The notes under the pieces were generated by a model. That model ran no database searches. It saw only the letters and a list, made by a program, of their open reading frames with translations, and had not been told where the DNA came from. Made by a program: the position numbers and the translations under genes. Source: Bdellovibrionales bacterium (GTDB taxonomy: Bacteria > Bdellovibrionota > Bdellovibrionia > Bdellovibrionales > JAGQZY01). Taken from it: DNA of 64,000 nucleotides. Shown here piece by piece: positions 10,633 to 20,308 of the stretch. Position 1 is the stretch's first letter. Every line of letters starts with the position of its first letter. Location of the stretch: contig CAXRHT010000002.1 in assembly GCA_964230645.1 (NCBI GenBank), forward strand, positions 160,001 through 224,000, read 5' to 3'.

Positions 10633-11652
10633 ATGAGACGTGAGCAAGAATGGATCCTAGGAGAGCTTGAAAAGACTTTAAAAGAATTACTTTCAACTTC
10701 TTCAGGCAGAAGAAGCTTTTTAAAAGCCATGCCTTTGCTATTAGCGGCTTGCTCAACTGGCCCAAAGACTCGCTACCGTGAAGGTGATAACACTGGGCAG
10801 GCCACCAATCTCTCGGTAGCCGATGAACGTCGCATGACCGCCGAAGTTCTTCCACAAATGAAAAAGGACTACCCCCCTTTAAGAGACCCTCAAATGCAAA
10901 GCTACATTCGTGGTCTTGGTAACAAGATTGTTCGCTCCAATAACCTTAGCGGAAATCCCTACAGATACAATTTCACCGTGGTGGATGTAAATTACGTCAA
11001 CGCTTTTGCTTTGCCGGCAGGAACCGTTTTTGTAACCACCCCACTCATCGCTATGGCTGACTCAGAAGCGGAACTTGCCGGAGTCATAGGACATGAAGTG
11101 GGCCATATCAAAGCTCGTCATTCAGCCGAACGCATTTATGCTGCAGAAAAATCTCAAAAAAAGAGTTGGCTTTACGCTCTTGGCGGAGGTCTTGCAGGGG
11201 CCGCCCTTGGATTTGGAGTTGGAAAACTGGTTTGTCCCCCTCGTGATAAGGAGTGCCTCGCACGGGCAGCCACCTACGGAGGGGCTGCTGGAGTCGGGGG
11301 TGGACTTTTGATTCAAAAATACGGCTTTATGGCCAATTCTAGAGAGGATGAGATGGAGGCCGACCGCATCGGTTTTATCACATCCACAAAAGCGGGCTAC
11401 GATAAAAATCATGTGGGACGCTTTTACTCAAAGCTCCTAGAAATGGAAAGGCAGAGAAAAAACGGGGGTGGGATTCTCGCTTCATTTGCTGACGCACTAA
11501 GCACTCATCCTCCCAGCCAGGATCGTGTGGTGCAAATGAGGCAAATGGCGCGTCAAACACCTTTGGGACAGGGACAAGTGACTTCAAGCGCCTTTTCTAA
11601 GGTCCAGCAAAAAGCTAAAACCATTGCCAGACGCAAAGGGGCAAAAGTTTAG
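10633..11652 (+). CDS. M48 zinc metalloprotease, probable Tat lipoprotein
   Basis: RRSFL, LAAC lipobox, NAFALPAG, HEVGH, EMEAD, STHP. Confidence 0.9.
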   Translation: MRREQEWILGELEKTLKELLSTSSGRRSFLKAMPLLLAACSTGPKTRYREGDNTGQATNLSVADERRMTAEVLPQMKKDYPPLRDPQMQSYIRGLGNKIVRSNNLSGNPYRYNFTVVDVNYVNAFALPAGTVFVTTPLIAMADSEAELAGVIGHEVGHIKARHSAERIYAAEKSQKKSWLYALGGGLAGAALGFGVGKLVCPPRDKECLARAATYGGAAGVGGGLLIQKYGFMANSREDEMEADRIGFITSTKAGYDKNHVGRFYSKLLEMERQRKNGGGILASFADALSTHPPSQDRVVQMRQMARQTPLGQGQVTSSAFSKVQQKAKTIARRKGAKV

Positions 11653-11710
11653 GGAAAGGGACGAGCCGTTTTCCTTCTTAGGCCCTTTTATCTTAAAAGA
11701 AAGGCCCAAT

Positions 11711-12223
11711 ATGAATTTGGAAAAGGCATTAAGAGTGGTTCCTAACTTCCCGAAACAAGGGGTGGATTTTCTTGATATCTCACCGATCATCGAAGACCCC
11801 AAAAACTTTGATTTTCTCATCAAAAGTTTAAGCGAAGTGGCGAATAAATATGAGTTTAATAAAATTGTGGCCATCGAATCCCGAGGTTTTATTTTAGGAA
11901 GTGCGCTGGCGCAAGCCATGGGAAAAGGTATGGTCATGGTGAGAAAAAAAGGCAAGCTTCCCGGTAAAACTGTGAGCCACACCTACGACCTCGAGTACGG
12001 TACTGACACCATTGAAATGCTCCCCTCTTCTCTTGAAAAAGAGGAAAAGGTTTTGCTTCTCGATGATGTTCTGGCCACCGGAGGAACAGCTCAAGCTGCT
12101 GAAAAACTTATTGCTGAATTGGGTGCAAAGGTGAGTGCCAACTTATTTTTTATTGAATTGGATTTTTTAAAAGGGCGCGAGAAGCTCTCTGCCCCCGTGG
12201 AAGCTCTTGTTCATCGTGGGTAA
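11711..12223 (+). CDS. apt: Adenine phosphoribosyltransferase
   Basis: PNFPKQGVDFLDI, IESRGF, RKKGKLP, LEYG, LLDDVLATGGT. Confidence 0.95.
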   Translation: MNLEKALRVVPNFPKQGVDFLDISPIIEDPKNFDFLIKSLSEVANKYEFNKIVAIESRGFILGSALAQAMGKGMVMVRKKGKLPGKTVSHTYDLEYGTDTIEMLPSSLEKEEKVLLLDDVLATGGTAQAAEKLIAELGAKVSANLFFIELDFLKGREKLSAPVEALVHRG

Positions 12224-12279
12224 AGTGGAATTTTTAACACTGCTGTGTCCGGTGGATTTTCCGCCACTGGCCATAAACA

Positions 12280-12334
12280 TGTCGTCTTGAGCGAAGCGAA
12301 AGACCTAAGATCCTTCGCTACGCTCAGGATGACA
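12280..12334. repeat. REP-like palindrome cluster 2 (55-bp doublet)
   Basis: Exact reverse complement of 16218-16272. Confidence 0.9.
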
Positions 12335-12403
12335 TTGGTGTTCAGGAGGACACTGGACAATCGGACGAACAGCAGTAATTTCAAAACAAAAAGGTTATTA
12401 ATT

Positions 12404-12976
12404 ATGTTGCATATTTTAGTGGGTACAAATCGCGAGGGTTCAAGATCAGCCGAGGTGGCCGAGTTTATTAAGCCTTTTTACGAAAAAGAAGGCATGGAAA
12501 CCAGGATCATGAACATCAAGGACGTGGGACTTGGAGAACTTAATCGAGAAAGCTATGGGGATGAAAAGCCCAAAGCCTTAACGGACGCAGTGGACGAACT
12601 TTTAGAAACAGACGGCCTTGTTGTTATAGTCCCTGAGTACAACGGCTCGATGCCAGGGGCTCTGAAGTACTTCATTGATCATTGGCGCTATCCTGAATCT
12701 TTTGAACACCGCCCTGTGGCCTTTATCGGTCTTGGAGGTCGTTTTGGTGGACTCAGGCCCGTTGAACACCTCCAGCAGGTGTTTGGCTATCGTAACTCTT
12801 TTATTTATCCTGACCGAGTGTTTTTACACAACGTCTGGGGCCTGATCAAAGACGCCACTATAGAGGATGACCTGATTTGTAAGCTTCTAAAGAGCCAAGC
12901 CCAAGGCTTTTGTCGGTTTATCAAGGCCCTAAAGTCTGAAAAGCTCCATGGGGGGGATTACAAACCCAAAAATTAA
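12404..12976 (+). CDS. NADPH-dependent FMN reductase family
   Basis: GTNREGS, PEYNGSMPGALKYFID, GGLRPVEHL. Confidence 0.9.
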   Translation: MLHILVGTNREGSRSAEVAEFIKPFYEKEGMETRIMNIKDVGLGELNRESYGDEKPKALTDAVDELLETDGLVVIVPEYNGSMPGALKYFIDHWRYPESFEHRPVAFIGLGGRFGGLRPVEHLQQVFGYRNSFIYPDRVFLHNVWGLIKDATIEDDLICKLLKSQAQGFCRFIKALKSEKLHGGDYKPKN

Positions 12977-12991
12977 GTTAGACTAAGGAGT

Positions 12992-13762
12992 ATGAAGAAA
13001 ATCCTGTTTATACTCCTACCCCTAGTCGTTGCAAGCTGTGCTCATAACAAAGAAACTGAAGCAGAGCGTGCGGAAGTGAATGAAAAATACCCTGTGGTTT
13101 CCATAGAAACATCCGGTGACCTTTATTTCGAAGAAGGTGGCTCCAATATCCAAATGGATCTCTTTGGTAACTGTGCTCCTGGGCAAAAGGTCATCTACGT
13201 TCAAGTGGACCAAAAAAAACAAGCCACAAATTGTAAAAAAGGTCGTTATCGCTACTCGATGAATCTGCCTAAAAGCTTCTTTGATTCTGGAAGAGACGGA
13301 CGAACGCCTTCTTCAAAATATGTGATGAAAGAGGTTATGGCCTATCACCATGGGCATAAGAAGTTAAAAGCCACCTCCTATATCCTTATTGATAGAAAGC
13401 GTAGAGAAGTGAAATCTGTGATTAACAAACAAGTGAAATTCGAAAAAATCCCAACGGGTGAGTACGAGCCTATCACGCAGTACAACGCTTTTGGTGGTTG
13501 CTCAACGGGTTCCATTTTAAAACTTGATATCACAGCTCCCGATCGTTTTGGGCATGAGCGCTCAAAGTATGACGAGAAGAAAATCTGTGAAAAGGCCGGT
13601 GGCTACTACTTCTTAAGCCAAGTCCATGGTTTCCCCAAAAAAGGAACCAAGGTGTATATCTACGAAGATAAAAAAGTGAAGAGCAAAAGAACACCTGCCA
13701 GCAGTGGTAAGTCGACTCCTCGCTACAAAAATCTTTTCAAGTGGGCATTGCCAGTTAACTAA
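12992..13762 (+). CDS. Hypothetical lipoprotein with two similar domains
   Basis: VASC lipobox; FGNC...C and FGGC...C halves, each followed by RTP(S/A)S. Confidence 0.75.
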   Translation: MKKILFILLPLVVASCAHNKETEAERAEVNEKYPVVSIETSGDLYFEEGGSNIQMDLFGNCAPGQKVIYVQVDQKKQATNCKKGRYRYSMNLPKSFFDSGRDGRTPSSKYVMKEVMAYHHGHKKLKATSYILIDRKRREVKSVINKQVKFEKIPTGEYEPITQYNAFGGCSTGSILKLDITAPDRFGHERSKYDEKKICEKAGGYYFLSQVHGFPKKGTKVYIYEDKKVKSKRTPASSGKSTPRYKNLFKWALPVN

Positions 13763-13789
13763 TCTAGATTTTAAATAAGTAAAATTTTG

Positions 13790-13821
13790 AAGCCTCTCTT
13801 TTTTTGGAGAGGCTTTTTTTT
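13790..13821 (+). terminator. Rho-independent terminator
   Basis: AAGCCTCTC-loop-GAGAGGCTT followed by a T run. Confidence 0.8.
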
Positions 13822-13841
13822 GCTATTTAAACCTTTCATAT

Positions 13842-14039
13842 TGTCGTTTTAAGCGTAGCTTGTCGTCTTGTCGCCCTGAGTACAGCTTGTCGTCCTGAGC
13901 GCAGCGAAGGACCTTTTCCGAGGACCATGGTTGATAATGCGAACTTAGTGGTGGAAGATTCTTCGCTACGCTCAGAATGACAAGCTGCGCTCAGAATGAC
14001 AAGCTGCGCTCAGAATGACAAGCTGCGCTCAGAATGACA
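13842..14039. repeat. REP/REPIN-like cluster 3
   Basis: Inverted REP halves around a ~40-nt spacer, then 3 tandem AGCTGCGCTCAGAATGACA. Confidence 0.9.
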
Positions 14040-14100
14040 GTAGGCTCGAGCACTTTCTTCCTGAGCGCACCAGAGTCTTAACTCAAAAAATATCTAACCA

Positions 14101-15099
14101 TTATTGTTTTTTTAAAGATTTAATTCTTTCGTTAGTACCTGGGTGGGTGGAGATCCATGAAGGTATTTCCAGTTTCTTTTTCTTTTTACGCTCGTCTTCC
14201 ATTTTCTCAAGCGCTCGTCCCAGCAGTAGGGGCTCTAATCCTCGAGCTTTAAGCTCTTTAGCCGCAAATTCGTCGGCCTCTCTTTCCATATCGCGACTGT
14301 AGGAGGATGATAGAAGGACCAGGGACAAGGTGCTCCAGTCGCCAAGCCCCACCACAAAAGATAAAAAGAAATAAAGCCCGGCTTGTTGCACGGCCGCTTT
14401 TAGTCCATGTTTGTGAACCACATGCCCCATTTCGTGTAGAAGAACGGCCTGAATCTCTCCAGGATTTTCTTTAAGGAGCTCGTAAAGACTGTCGGTGAAA
14501 TAGATTCGACCCGCTGGCAGAGCGAAAGCGTTGGGTCCCATTTTTTCAGTGGCCGCCATTTTTAACTCAAAATCAATGGACTCGTAGTTAGCAGTCAGGT
14601 CCTCAAATAGCTTTTTCATCCTCTCTTTTTCAGAAGGCTTTAATTGGGTTTTCTGCAGAAAGTCCTCTCGCTCAAGAAGAGTTAAAGTGGAATCTTGCAT
14701 ATATTCCGAGACTTTACCAGGCAACCTTTGAGCCATTTGTTCAGCCATGACAGGCAGCAAAGATTGGTAAACAAGATAACAAACCACTGCACTAAAACAG
14801 AGAGCGGGAACAATAAAAGCCCAGCGATCCTCAATAGCATGGAGGAGTTTCTTCCAATTTTCGTGGGGATGAATCTTTAAAACTTTGTCGTACTCTTTGG
14901 TTTCAAAAAGAGCTTGATCAAAAAAGCGTAAGGTTTGAGGAAGATTAGCAATTCTTCCTTCAACTTGGACCTCAGACTTAGGGTAGGAAAGGGTTGCTTC
15001 TCCCTCACGGTGAACCTCGATGACGTCCCCTTGAACCCAGAGAGTGGCCTTGTGTCTTTTTGAAGTTTTGCCGTCGTAAAAGTAACCTTTTATTTTCAT
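14101..15099 (-). CDS. M48 family metallopeptidase (DUF898-associated)
   Basis: GYFYDG N-terminus, NAFALPAG, HEMGH, YSRDMEREAD, STHP. Confidence 0.9.
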   Translation of the reverse strand: MKIKGYFYDGKTSKRHKATLWVQGDVIEVHREGEATLSYPKSEVQVEGRIANLPQTLRFFDQALFETKEYDKVLKIHPHENWKKLLHAIEDRWAFIVPALCFSAVVCYLVYQSLLPVMAEQMAQRLPGKVSEYMQDSTLTLLEREDFLQKTQLKPSEKERMKKLFEDLTANYESIDFELKMAATEKMGPNAFALPAGRIYFTDSLYELLKENPGEIQAVLLHEMGHVVHKHGLKAAVQQAGLYFFLSFVVGLGDWSTLSLVLLSSSYSRDMEREADEFAAKELKARGLEPLLLGRALEKMEDERKKKKKLEIPSWISTHPGTNERIKSLKKQ

Positions 15100-16133
15100 C
15101 AGAACCCGATATCAAAATCCCAAAAGTCCAAAGCGGCATCGGCCGCACTGCCGTCGCCTTTTCGGGCTTCCTGAATGAACTCATCAAAGTGCTTAGAATC
15201 ATCGGCAATCAACTGGATATTATTGCATTTATAAAGATGAAGGCGAATGAGAGCCCAGGGGGTCAGTAGGCCAAGGCTAAAAATAATGGCCAAAGCATTG
15301 GTAAAGAGTATTTTAAAATACTCCTGTGTCTCAAGCCTGGCACGAAAGTCAATGCCTTCAAGGGAGCTGCTATTGACCACTAGGTTTATGATTTTCGTCT
15401 TGTGAAATGCGGTGATATAAACAATTCCAGCACCTAAAAACACATAAGTAAGGGCCATGCCCACAAAAGGAGTGGCCTCTTTACTGATATTTCCTGTTAA
15501 CAAATAGGCCGCACCTCCCACAATCAGGGCAAGACAAACAACGATGAGGAGGTAGATAAGGCCCATCATAAAGAAAATGGTGAAAAAGTCCGTGCCTGTC
15601 GCATTGAACCTGAACTTTTTCTGCCCGTAATAACTATTGGATATTGTAAAGTGTTTGTGGCGACAGTAGGCCCAAGCCCAAGCTAGACCCAGACTACAAA
15701 GTGTGATTAATCCGGCGATAGAATAGTTTTTATAACTCGCTTTAAGGTCTCTTGTGAAATCAAAGCGCACATTCTTATAAGTGGTATTGGTGAGATTGAA
15801 AATAGAACCTTTAACAATGATCCACGGAAACAGCACAATAAAACAGACAATAGCAAAAAGACCGATGGAGTAGTGCAAAAGAGGGCCATAAAGGTAACAT
15901 AAGAAAAAGAAGCCAAGAATCAGGCGGCCTACAAGAATCTTTTTTGGATCAGCGGTATAATCAAATCGCCCTTCATTTATCAGAGTGTTGCCATAAAGGT
16001 ATTTCCTATTTCTAACTTTAGCCCAGGCTGAGTAAATTCCTAGGGTCACAATTGTGAGTAGAGTATTTACAATCCATATTTTAAAATACTCATTGGCGTT
16101 GCCTTCAAAACGCACCTTAAAATTTTCCCGCAT
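15099..16133 (-). CDS. YjgN/DUF898 family inner membrane protein
   Basis: FEGNANEYFKIWIVNTLLTIVTLGIYSAWAKVR signature. Confidence 0.9.
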   Translation of the reverse strand: MRENFKVRFEGNANEYFKIWIVNTLLTIVTLGIYSAWAKVRNRKYLYGNTLINEGRFDYTADPKKILVGRLILGFFFLCYLYGPLLHYSIGLFAIVCFIVLFPWIIVKGSIFNLTNTTYKNVRFDFTRDLKASYKNYSIAGLITLCSLGLAWAWAYCRHKHFTISNSYYGQKKFRFNATGTDFFTIFFMMGLIYLLIVVCLALIVGGAAYLLTGNISKEATPFVGMALTYVFLGAGIVYITAFHKTKIINLVVNSSSLEGIDFRARLETQEYFKILFTNALAIIFSLGLLTPWALIRLHLYKCNNIQLIADDSKHFDEFIQEARKGDGSAADAALDFWDFDIGF

Positions 16134-16159
16134 GCCCTTAGCCCTCCGCGCCCAAAGCC

Positions 16160-16272
16160 ATCTTGAGCGTAGTTCATAGTCATTCAGAGCCCAGCAATGT
16201 CATCCAGAGCCCAGCAATGTCATCCTGAGCGTAGCGAAGGATCTTAGGTCTTTCGCTTCGCTCAAGACGACA
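16160..16272. repeat. REP-like cluster 4
   Basis: Two degenerate GTCAT(T/C)CAGAGCCCAGCAAT units then the 55-bp doublet. Confidence 0.9.
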
Positions 16273-16458
16273 CAACTCCACTCGAGACGACAGGCCTTTC
16301 CTCAAAACACCACGTCTTCGTTCAACTCAAATTTTGCATGTAAGACCACTTTACTCAACGGGCTTTTGCCAGTCGGTCCCATTTTTTTAGATTTGAACGC
16401 ATTTTTTTAAAATTTTGAGCAATTCTCAAGGCTTTTAATCGGTGTAGAACCTCGATCT

Positions 16459-17001
16459 ATGGAATGGATTCGCTTGGTTCTTGATATTTTAATACTAGGG
16501 GTTTGGCTTCTTTATGCCCAGCTCTTTTATAAGAGCTGGAAAAGTAGTCGCACGCCACGCCTTCTAATTGGTGTGAGTAGTGACAGTAAAGGAGAAGATG
16601 TCGTCTACCTAACCAATTTGAGTGAAAAGACCATCCACGTCGACGAGATTCAGGTGCGTGATAGCAAAAACTCCTGCACAAATATCACAGCCCTTAAAAA
16701 TGAATTAGAAAATCGGGAGAAAAGTGAGTCTCTAATGGAAAACTCCTACCAAGGACCTTTAGCTCCTGGCAGCCTCCGTGAGATTCGAGGCGTAGGTCCG
16801 TTCATTGATCGCTTCAGTGAAAATCAAGGCGAGATTACACTGTGTGCCCTCGGAGTATATTCCGAGGAATTCAGGCATGTGGGTTTTAAACGGAAACTCT
16901 CCTATGAAAAAAAAGAGGGCAAGATTCGTCTACAAGCAAAAAATCCCACTCAAACCATTGAAGCTCAGTTTAAATCTGGAATCTGGGAGTCGAAACTTTA
17001 G
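16459..17001 (+). CDS. Hypothetical membrane-anchored protein
   Basis: N-terminal TM helix, 180-aa ORF. Confidence 0.65.
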   Translation: MEWIRLVLDILILGVWLLYAQLFYKSWKSSRTPRLLIGVSSDSKGEDVVYLTNLSEKTIHVDEIQVRDSKNSCTNITALKNELENREKSESLMENSYQGPLAPGSLREIRGVGPFIDRFSENQGEITLCALGVYSEEFRHVGFKRKLSYEKKEGKIRLQAKNPTQTIEAQFKSGIWESKL

Positions 17002-17070
17002 AAGGGTATAGGCGCAATACTAAGAAACCACACCCCTAAAAAAATCACTGAAAATATAATAATTAATCAG
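16998..17070 (-). pseudogene. Degenerate copy of the small membrane-protein gene at 18674-18850
   Basis: Encodes LIIIFSVIFLGVWFLSIAPIPF* but is preceded by an in-frame TGA and has no start; 48/55 nt identical to 18687-18741. Confidence 0.55.
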
Positions 17071-17351
17071 ATGTTGATCCTGTTGCGCGGAGTGTTGAGG
17101 TTGGAGCCGTTTCTCTGCCGGGTTTACTTAATTTTGTCTGTAAACGAAGGCTATGCATTAAAGTTTGAAAAAAGAGGTAAGGGTTTTTGAACTCAAATGA
17201 TGTGTTCTTTTTTTTGTAAGACCAGAAGTAAAAATCTTCTTGTTTTCGATAATATCCAAGCCATAGAATTAAAGTTCACTGATTGATAAACTCAAACTAT
17301 AGTAAGATCAAATGTTTAAATACTAGATCTAAAGATCTTCGAGAGGTGATT

Positions 17352-18596
17352 TTGTTTGATTTTTTAAAAAAACGATCTTCAGATATCACTCCTTGCAGCC
17401 GCCTATGGAATCAAATTTATATTAAATCTGGAAGTCGTTCCATCAGCAATTGTTGTTTTAGACCAGAAATAGAGGTTTCTCTGGATACCATTAACGAAAT
17501 GGGTCCTAATATTTTTAGTTTTCATCCAAAATCTGTTGCTGATAGAAAGCATTTTTTATCCAAAACCGATCTTCCTTCGGACTGCTCTACTTGTAAAATA
17601 AATTGGAATTCAAGTAAGAAGGTCATCCATAATGAATGGAGAAATCAGACCTTCTCCAAGAAGCAATTAAAAAGCTTAGAAAAAAAAGATTTGCTCAACT
17701 ATTTTGAATTTCATGTTGGTAGAACATGCAACCTCTCTTGTATTTATTGCAGTCCAACCCACAGCACAAAATGGCAAAAACTTTTAGGTCAAAAAATTGA
17801 AGACACCAGTGAATGGGATCAAGCAATCATTAAAAATTTTTATTTATATTTAGAGAATCGTTTAAAACATTCTACTCCAGAACCAATCCTCTTCAGTTTC
17901 GGTGGCGGGGAACCGTTCTTAAATGACAGCTTTTTTGAAATGATCGACAGAATAATTTTCATATACCGAAAGCACAACATGTTGGAAATCGAAAATAGAG
18001 TTCAAGTTATAAGCAATTTGAGCCTGCCAGAGAAAAAAATTGAACCTTTCATAAAAATTGCTCAGAAACATCCTAATTGGCACTGGATTGTCACTGGGAG
18101 TCTCGATGCTGTCAGCAGTGTTGGTGAGGGAATTCGACCAGGGCTTAGTGTTAAAAAGTTCCAAGATAATTTGCATCGACTGGCTTCGAGTCCTCCCGTT
18201 AAGACCTGGGTTCTTCCCTCGATAACTTCAATAAGTTTACCGGAGACTCCTGAACTACTTCGTTGGTCTCTAGATTTTATAGACGAACATAAACTTGAGG
18301 GCGAAGATTTCTCTTATTGTGCCAATTTGGTGACCACGCCACAGGAATTACACATTTCTACTCTTCCTCAACATTTTAAATCTGTTCTGGATGAATGCAT
18401 AGACACCATAAAAGGAACATCTTTAGAGAGAGATTCTTATTTTTTCGAAAGCTTGTATCCAATTATTGGGACTCGGCGATCTCCAGAAGACCTAACTCGA
18501 GTCACTAGATTCTTCAGGCATATGAGCCTAAAACAAAACAAAGACTATTTTGAACTCTTTCCTATACTCGATACAATACTGGACCCCAGACAATAA
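17352..18596 (+). CDS. Radical SAM protein with N-terminal twitch-like Cys cluster
   Basis: CNLSCIYC, GGGEP, N-terminal C...CC...CxxC; SD GAGGTG before TTG (ORF open from 17283); AT-rich. Confidence 0.85.
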   Translation: MFDFLKKRSSDITPCSRLWNQIYIKSGSRSISNCCFRPEIEVSLDTINEMGPNIFSFHPKSVADRKHFLSKTDLPSDCSTCKINWNSSKKVIHNEWRNQTFSKKQLKSLEKKDLLNYFEFHVGRTCNLSCIYCSPTHSTKWQKLLGQKIEDTSEWDQAIIKNFYLYLENRLKHSTPEPILFSFGGGEPFLNDSFFEMIDRIIFIYRKHNMLEIENRVQVISNLSLPEKKIEPFIKIAQKHPNWHWIVTGSLDAVSSVGEGIRPGLSVKKFQDNLHRLASSPPVKTWVLPSITSISLPETPELLRWSLDFIDEHKLEGEDFSYCANLVTTPQELHISTLPQHFKSVLDECIDTIKGTSLERDSYFFESLYPIIGTRRSPEDLTRVTRFFRHMSLKQNKDYFELFPILDTILDPRQ

Positions 18597-18673
18597 GTGG
18601 CATCTAACACCCATGAACACTTCGACTATGAAAAGTAGTAGCTATACCAATAAGGGTTTTGTCACAACGTAGT

Positions 18674-18850
18674 TCAGGACTGCATGGGCGCAAAGCTAAG
18701 AAACCACACCCCAAGAACAATCACTGAGAATATAAAAATTAGACCTAGGGGACTCATTTTGGTTTGGCTTCTTTTTGGATTCACATGGTGATTATCTTCA
18801 TCAGGAATTTGTTGAGCTTGTTCTTGTCTTGGTTTGTCTGTGCTTGGCAT
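18674..18850 (-). CDS. Unannotated 58-aa small membrane protein
   Basis: SD AAGGAGG; MPSTDKPRQEQAQQIPDEDNHHVNPKRSQTKMSPLGLIFIFSVIVLGVWFLSFAPMQS with C-terminal TM. Confidence 0.7.
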   Translation of the reverse strand: MPSTDKPRQEQAQQIPDEDNHHVNPKRSQTKMSPLGLIFIFSVIVLGVWFLSFAPMQS

Positions 18851-18928
18851 TTTTCTATCTCCTCCTTAAATGGTAGGGGAGAAATGAAACATAAAATTCA
18901 ATCTTTTACCTAAACTTTATGTACAAAA

Positions 18929-19897
18929 TTACAAACTAAAATCATCGAGAGCAAAATAGGTGAAGATCACGTCAGCACCGGCTCGTTTAATGCTTAGAAG
19001 CATCTCTCCCACCGCTTTTTTCTCATCCAGCCAGCCTTTTTCACTAGCCGCTTTGATCATGGCGTACTCACCACTCACATTGTAAGCGGCAATGGGGAGT
19101 TGGGAATGATTTTTAAGGTCTGTGATTATATCTAAGTAGGGAAGAGCTGGCTTCACCATTAAAATGTCTGCGCCCTCTTGCTCATCAAGGCTGGCCTCCA
19201 GTAAGGCTTCTTTTTTACTGGCAGGATCCATTTGATAGGTTTTCTTGTCTCCTCCTCTAGGAGCTGAGTCGAGCGCCTCTCTAAAGGGACCATAAAAAGA
19301 AGAGGCGTATTTTGCTGTGTATGAAATGATTGAGGTATTGGTAAGCCCTACTTCATCAAGACCCTGTCTAATCTTAAGAACGCGGCCGTCCATCATGTCA
19401 GACGGAGCCACCACATCGGCTCCATTCATGGCGTGTAAGCAGGCCATTTTTTCTAGTATTTCAAGGGTTTCATCATTCAGGATTTCCCCCTCTTTTACCA
19501 ACCCATCGTGACCGTCACTGGAGTAGGGATCAAGAGCCACATCAGAGATCAAAAGGAGCTCAGGGAATTGTTTTTTGACCTCTCTTAAAGCGCGGCAGAG
19601 CAGATTGTCTGGATTAAGTGACTCACTGGCCTTGGAATCCTTTAAAGAGTCCTCAATAGCTGGAAATAGGGCGATCGCTCCCACACCTTTTTTAAGAGCC
19701 TTTTCGCAAAGGGGGAGAAGCTCATCAACAGAGTGACGAAACTGTCCTGGCATGGCGCCAATTTCTTGCTTTTGTTTTTTACCATCGACAATAAAAACGG
19801 GATAAACGAAGTCTTTATGGCTCAGAGTGGTTTCTTTTCTCCAGTGTCTAAAGGTTTCGTTTTTACGGTTGCGCCGAGGTCTTTTTAATAAATTCAC
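18929..19897 (-). CDS. hemB: Porphobilinogen synthase
   Basis: RPRRNR, DVALDPYSSDGHDG (Asp-rich, non-Zn type), SDMMDGR, FYGPFREA, MVKPA. Confidence 0.96.
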   Translation of the reverse strand: MNLLKRPRRNRKNETFRHWRKETTLSHKDFVYPVFIVDGKKQKQEIGAMPGQFRHSVDELLPLCEKALKKGVGAIALFPAIEDSLKDSKASESLNPDNLLCRALREVKKQFPELLLISDVALDPYSSDGHDGLVKEGEILNDETLEILEKMACLHAMNGADVVAPSDMMDGRVLKIRQGLDEVGLTNTSIISYTAKYASSFYGPFREALDSAPRGGDKKTYQMDPASKKEALLEASLDEQEGADILMVKPALPYLDIITDLKNHSQLPIAAYNVSGEYAMIKAASEKGWLDEKKAVGEMLLSIKRAGADVIFTYFALDDFSL

Positions 19898-19900
19898 TTT

Positions 19901-20275
19901 TCAAGAGTCCTTTTCTGCAGGAGGAATTTTTTCCACCAATCCATGTTTTAATCGGCATTCTTTCAAATGTTTTTTACCCACATGACCAGCCGCTAAAACA
20001 GCTGAGAGCATCATCGATAAGTCATCGGCATAGCCTCCTGGCAGAAAGTCGGGGAGTGCGTCAACTGGAGTGAGCAAATAGACCAGAGCTCCGAGAATGA
20101 CACTCTTATGGCGCCAGGAAACCTCAGGATCGTTGAGTGTTAAATAGGCGGCCTCAGCCATTGCCAGGACCTCTTTCCCAGCCCTTTGGGCATATTTTTT
20201 AATAATAGACCAGCGAAGGGATTCTTTTACACTCATTCGAGGTTCAAAAGTAGAGGAGAGCTTTGCTTGACTCAA
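19901..20275 (-). CDS. YkvA/DUF1232 family protein
   Basis: GALVYLLTPVDALPDFLPGGYADD. Confidence 0.85.
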   Translation of the reverse strand: MSQAKLSSTFEPRMSVKESLRWSIIKKYAQRAGKEVLAMAEAAYLTLNDPEVSWRHKSVILGALVYLLTPVDALPDFLPGGYADDLSMMLSAVLAAGHVGKKHLKECRLKHGLVEKIPPAEKDS

Positions 20276-20308
20276 GTATAAAGAGTAAACTATTCATAAG
20301 GACGCACC

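Noticed and set aside
11711..12223. apt as a Thermus-type GDH-regulatory APRT homologue
   Set aside because: Canonical APRT motifs intact and three genes separate it from gdhA
12245..12403. N-terminal extension of the FMN reductase (HVVLSEAKDLRSFATLRMT)
   Set aside because: Translation of the REP palindrome; likely start is ATG 12404
13965..14039. Tandem 19-bp repeats as a CRISPR array
   Set aside because: No unique spacers and no cas genes; the units are REP half-sites
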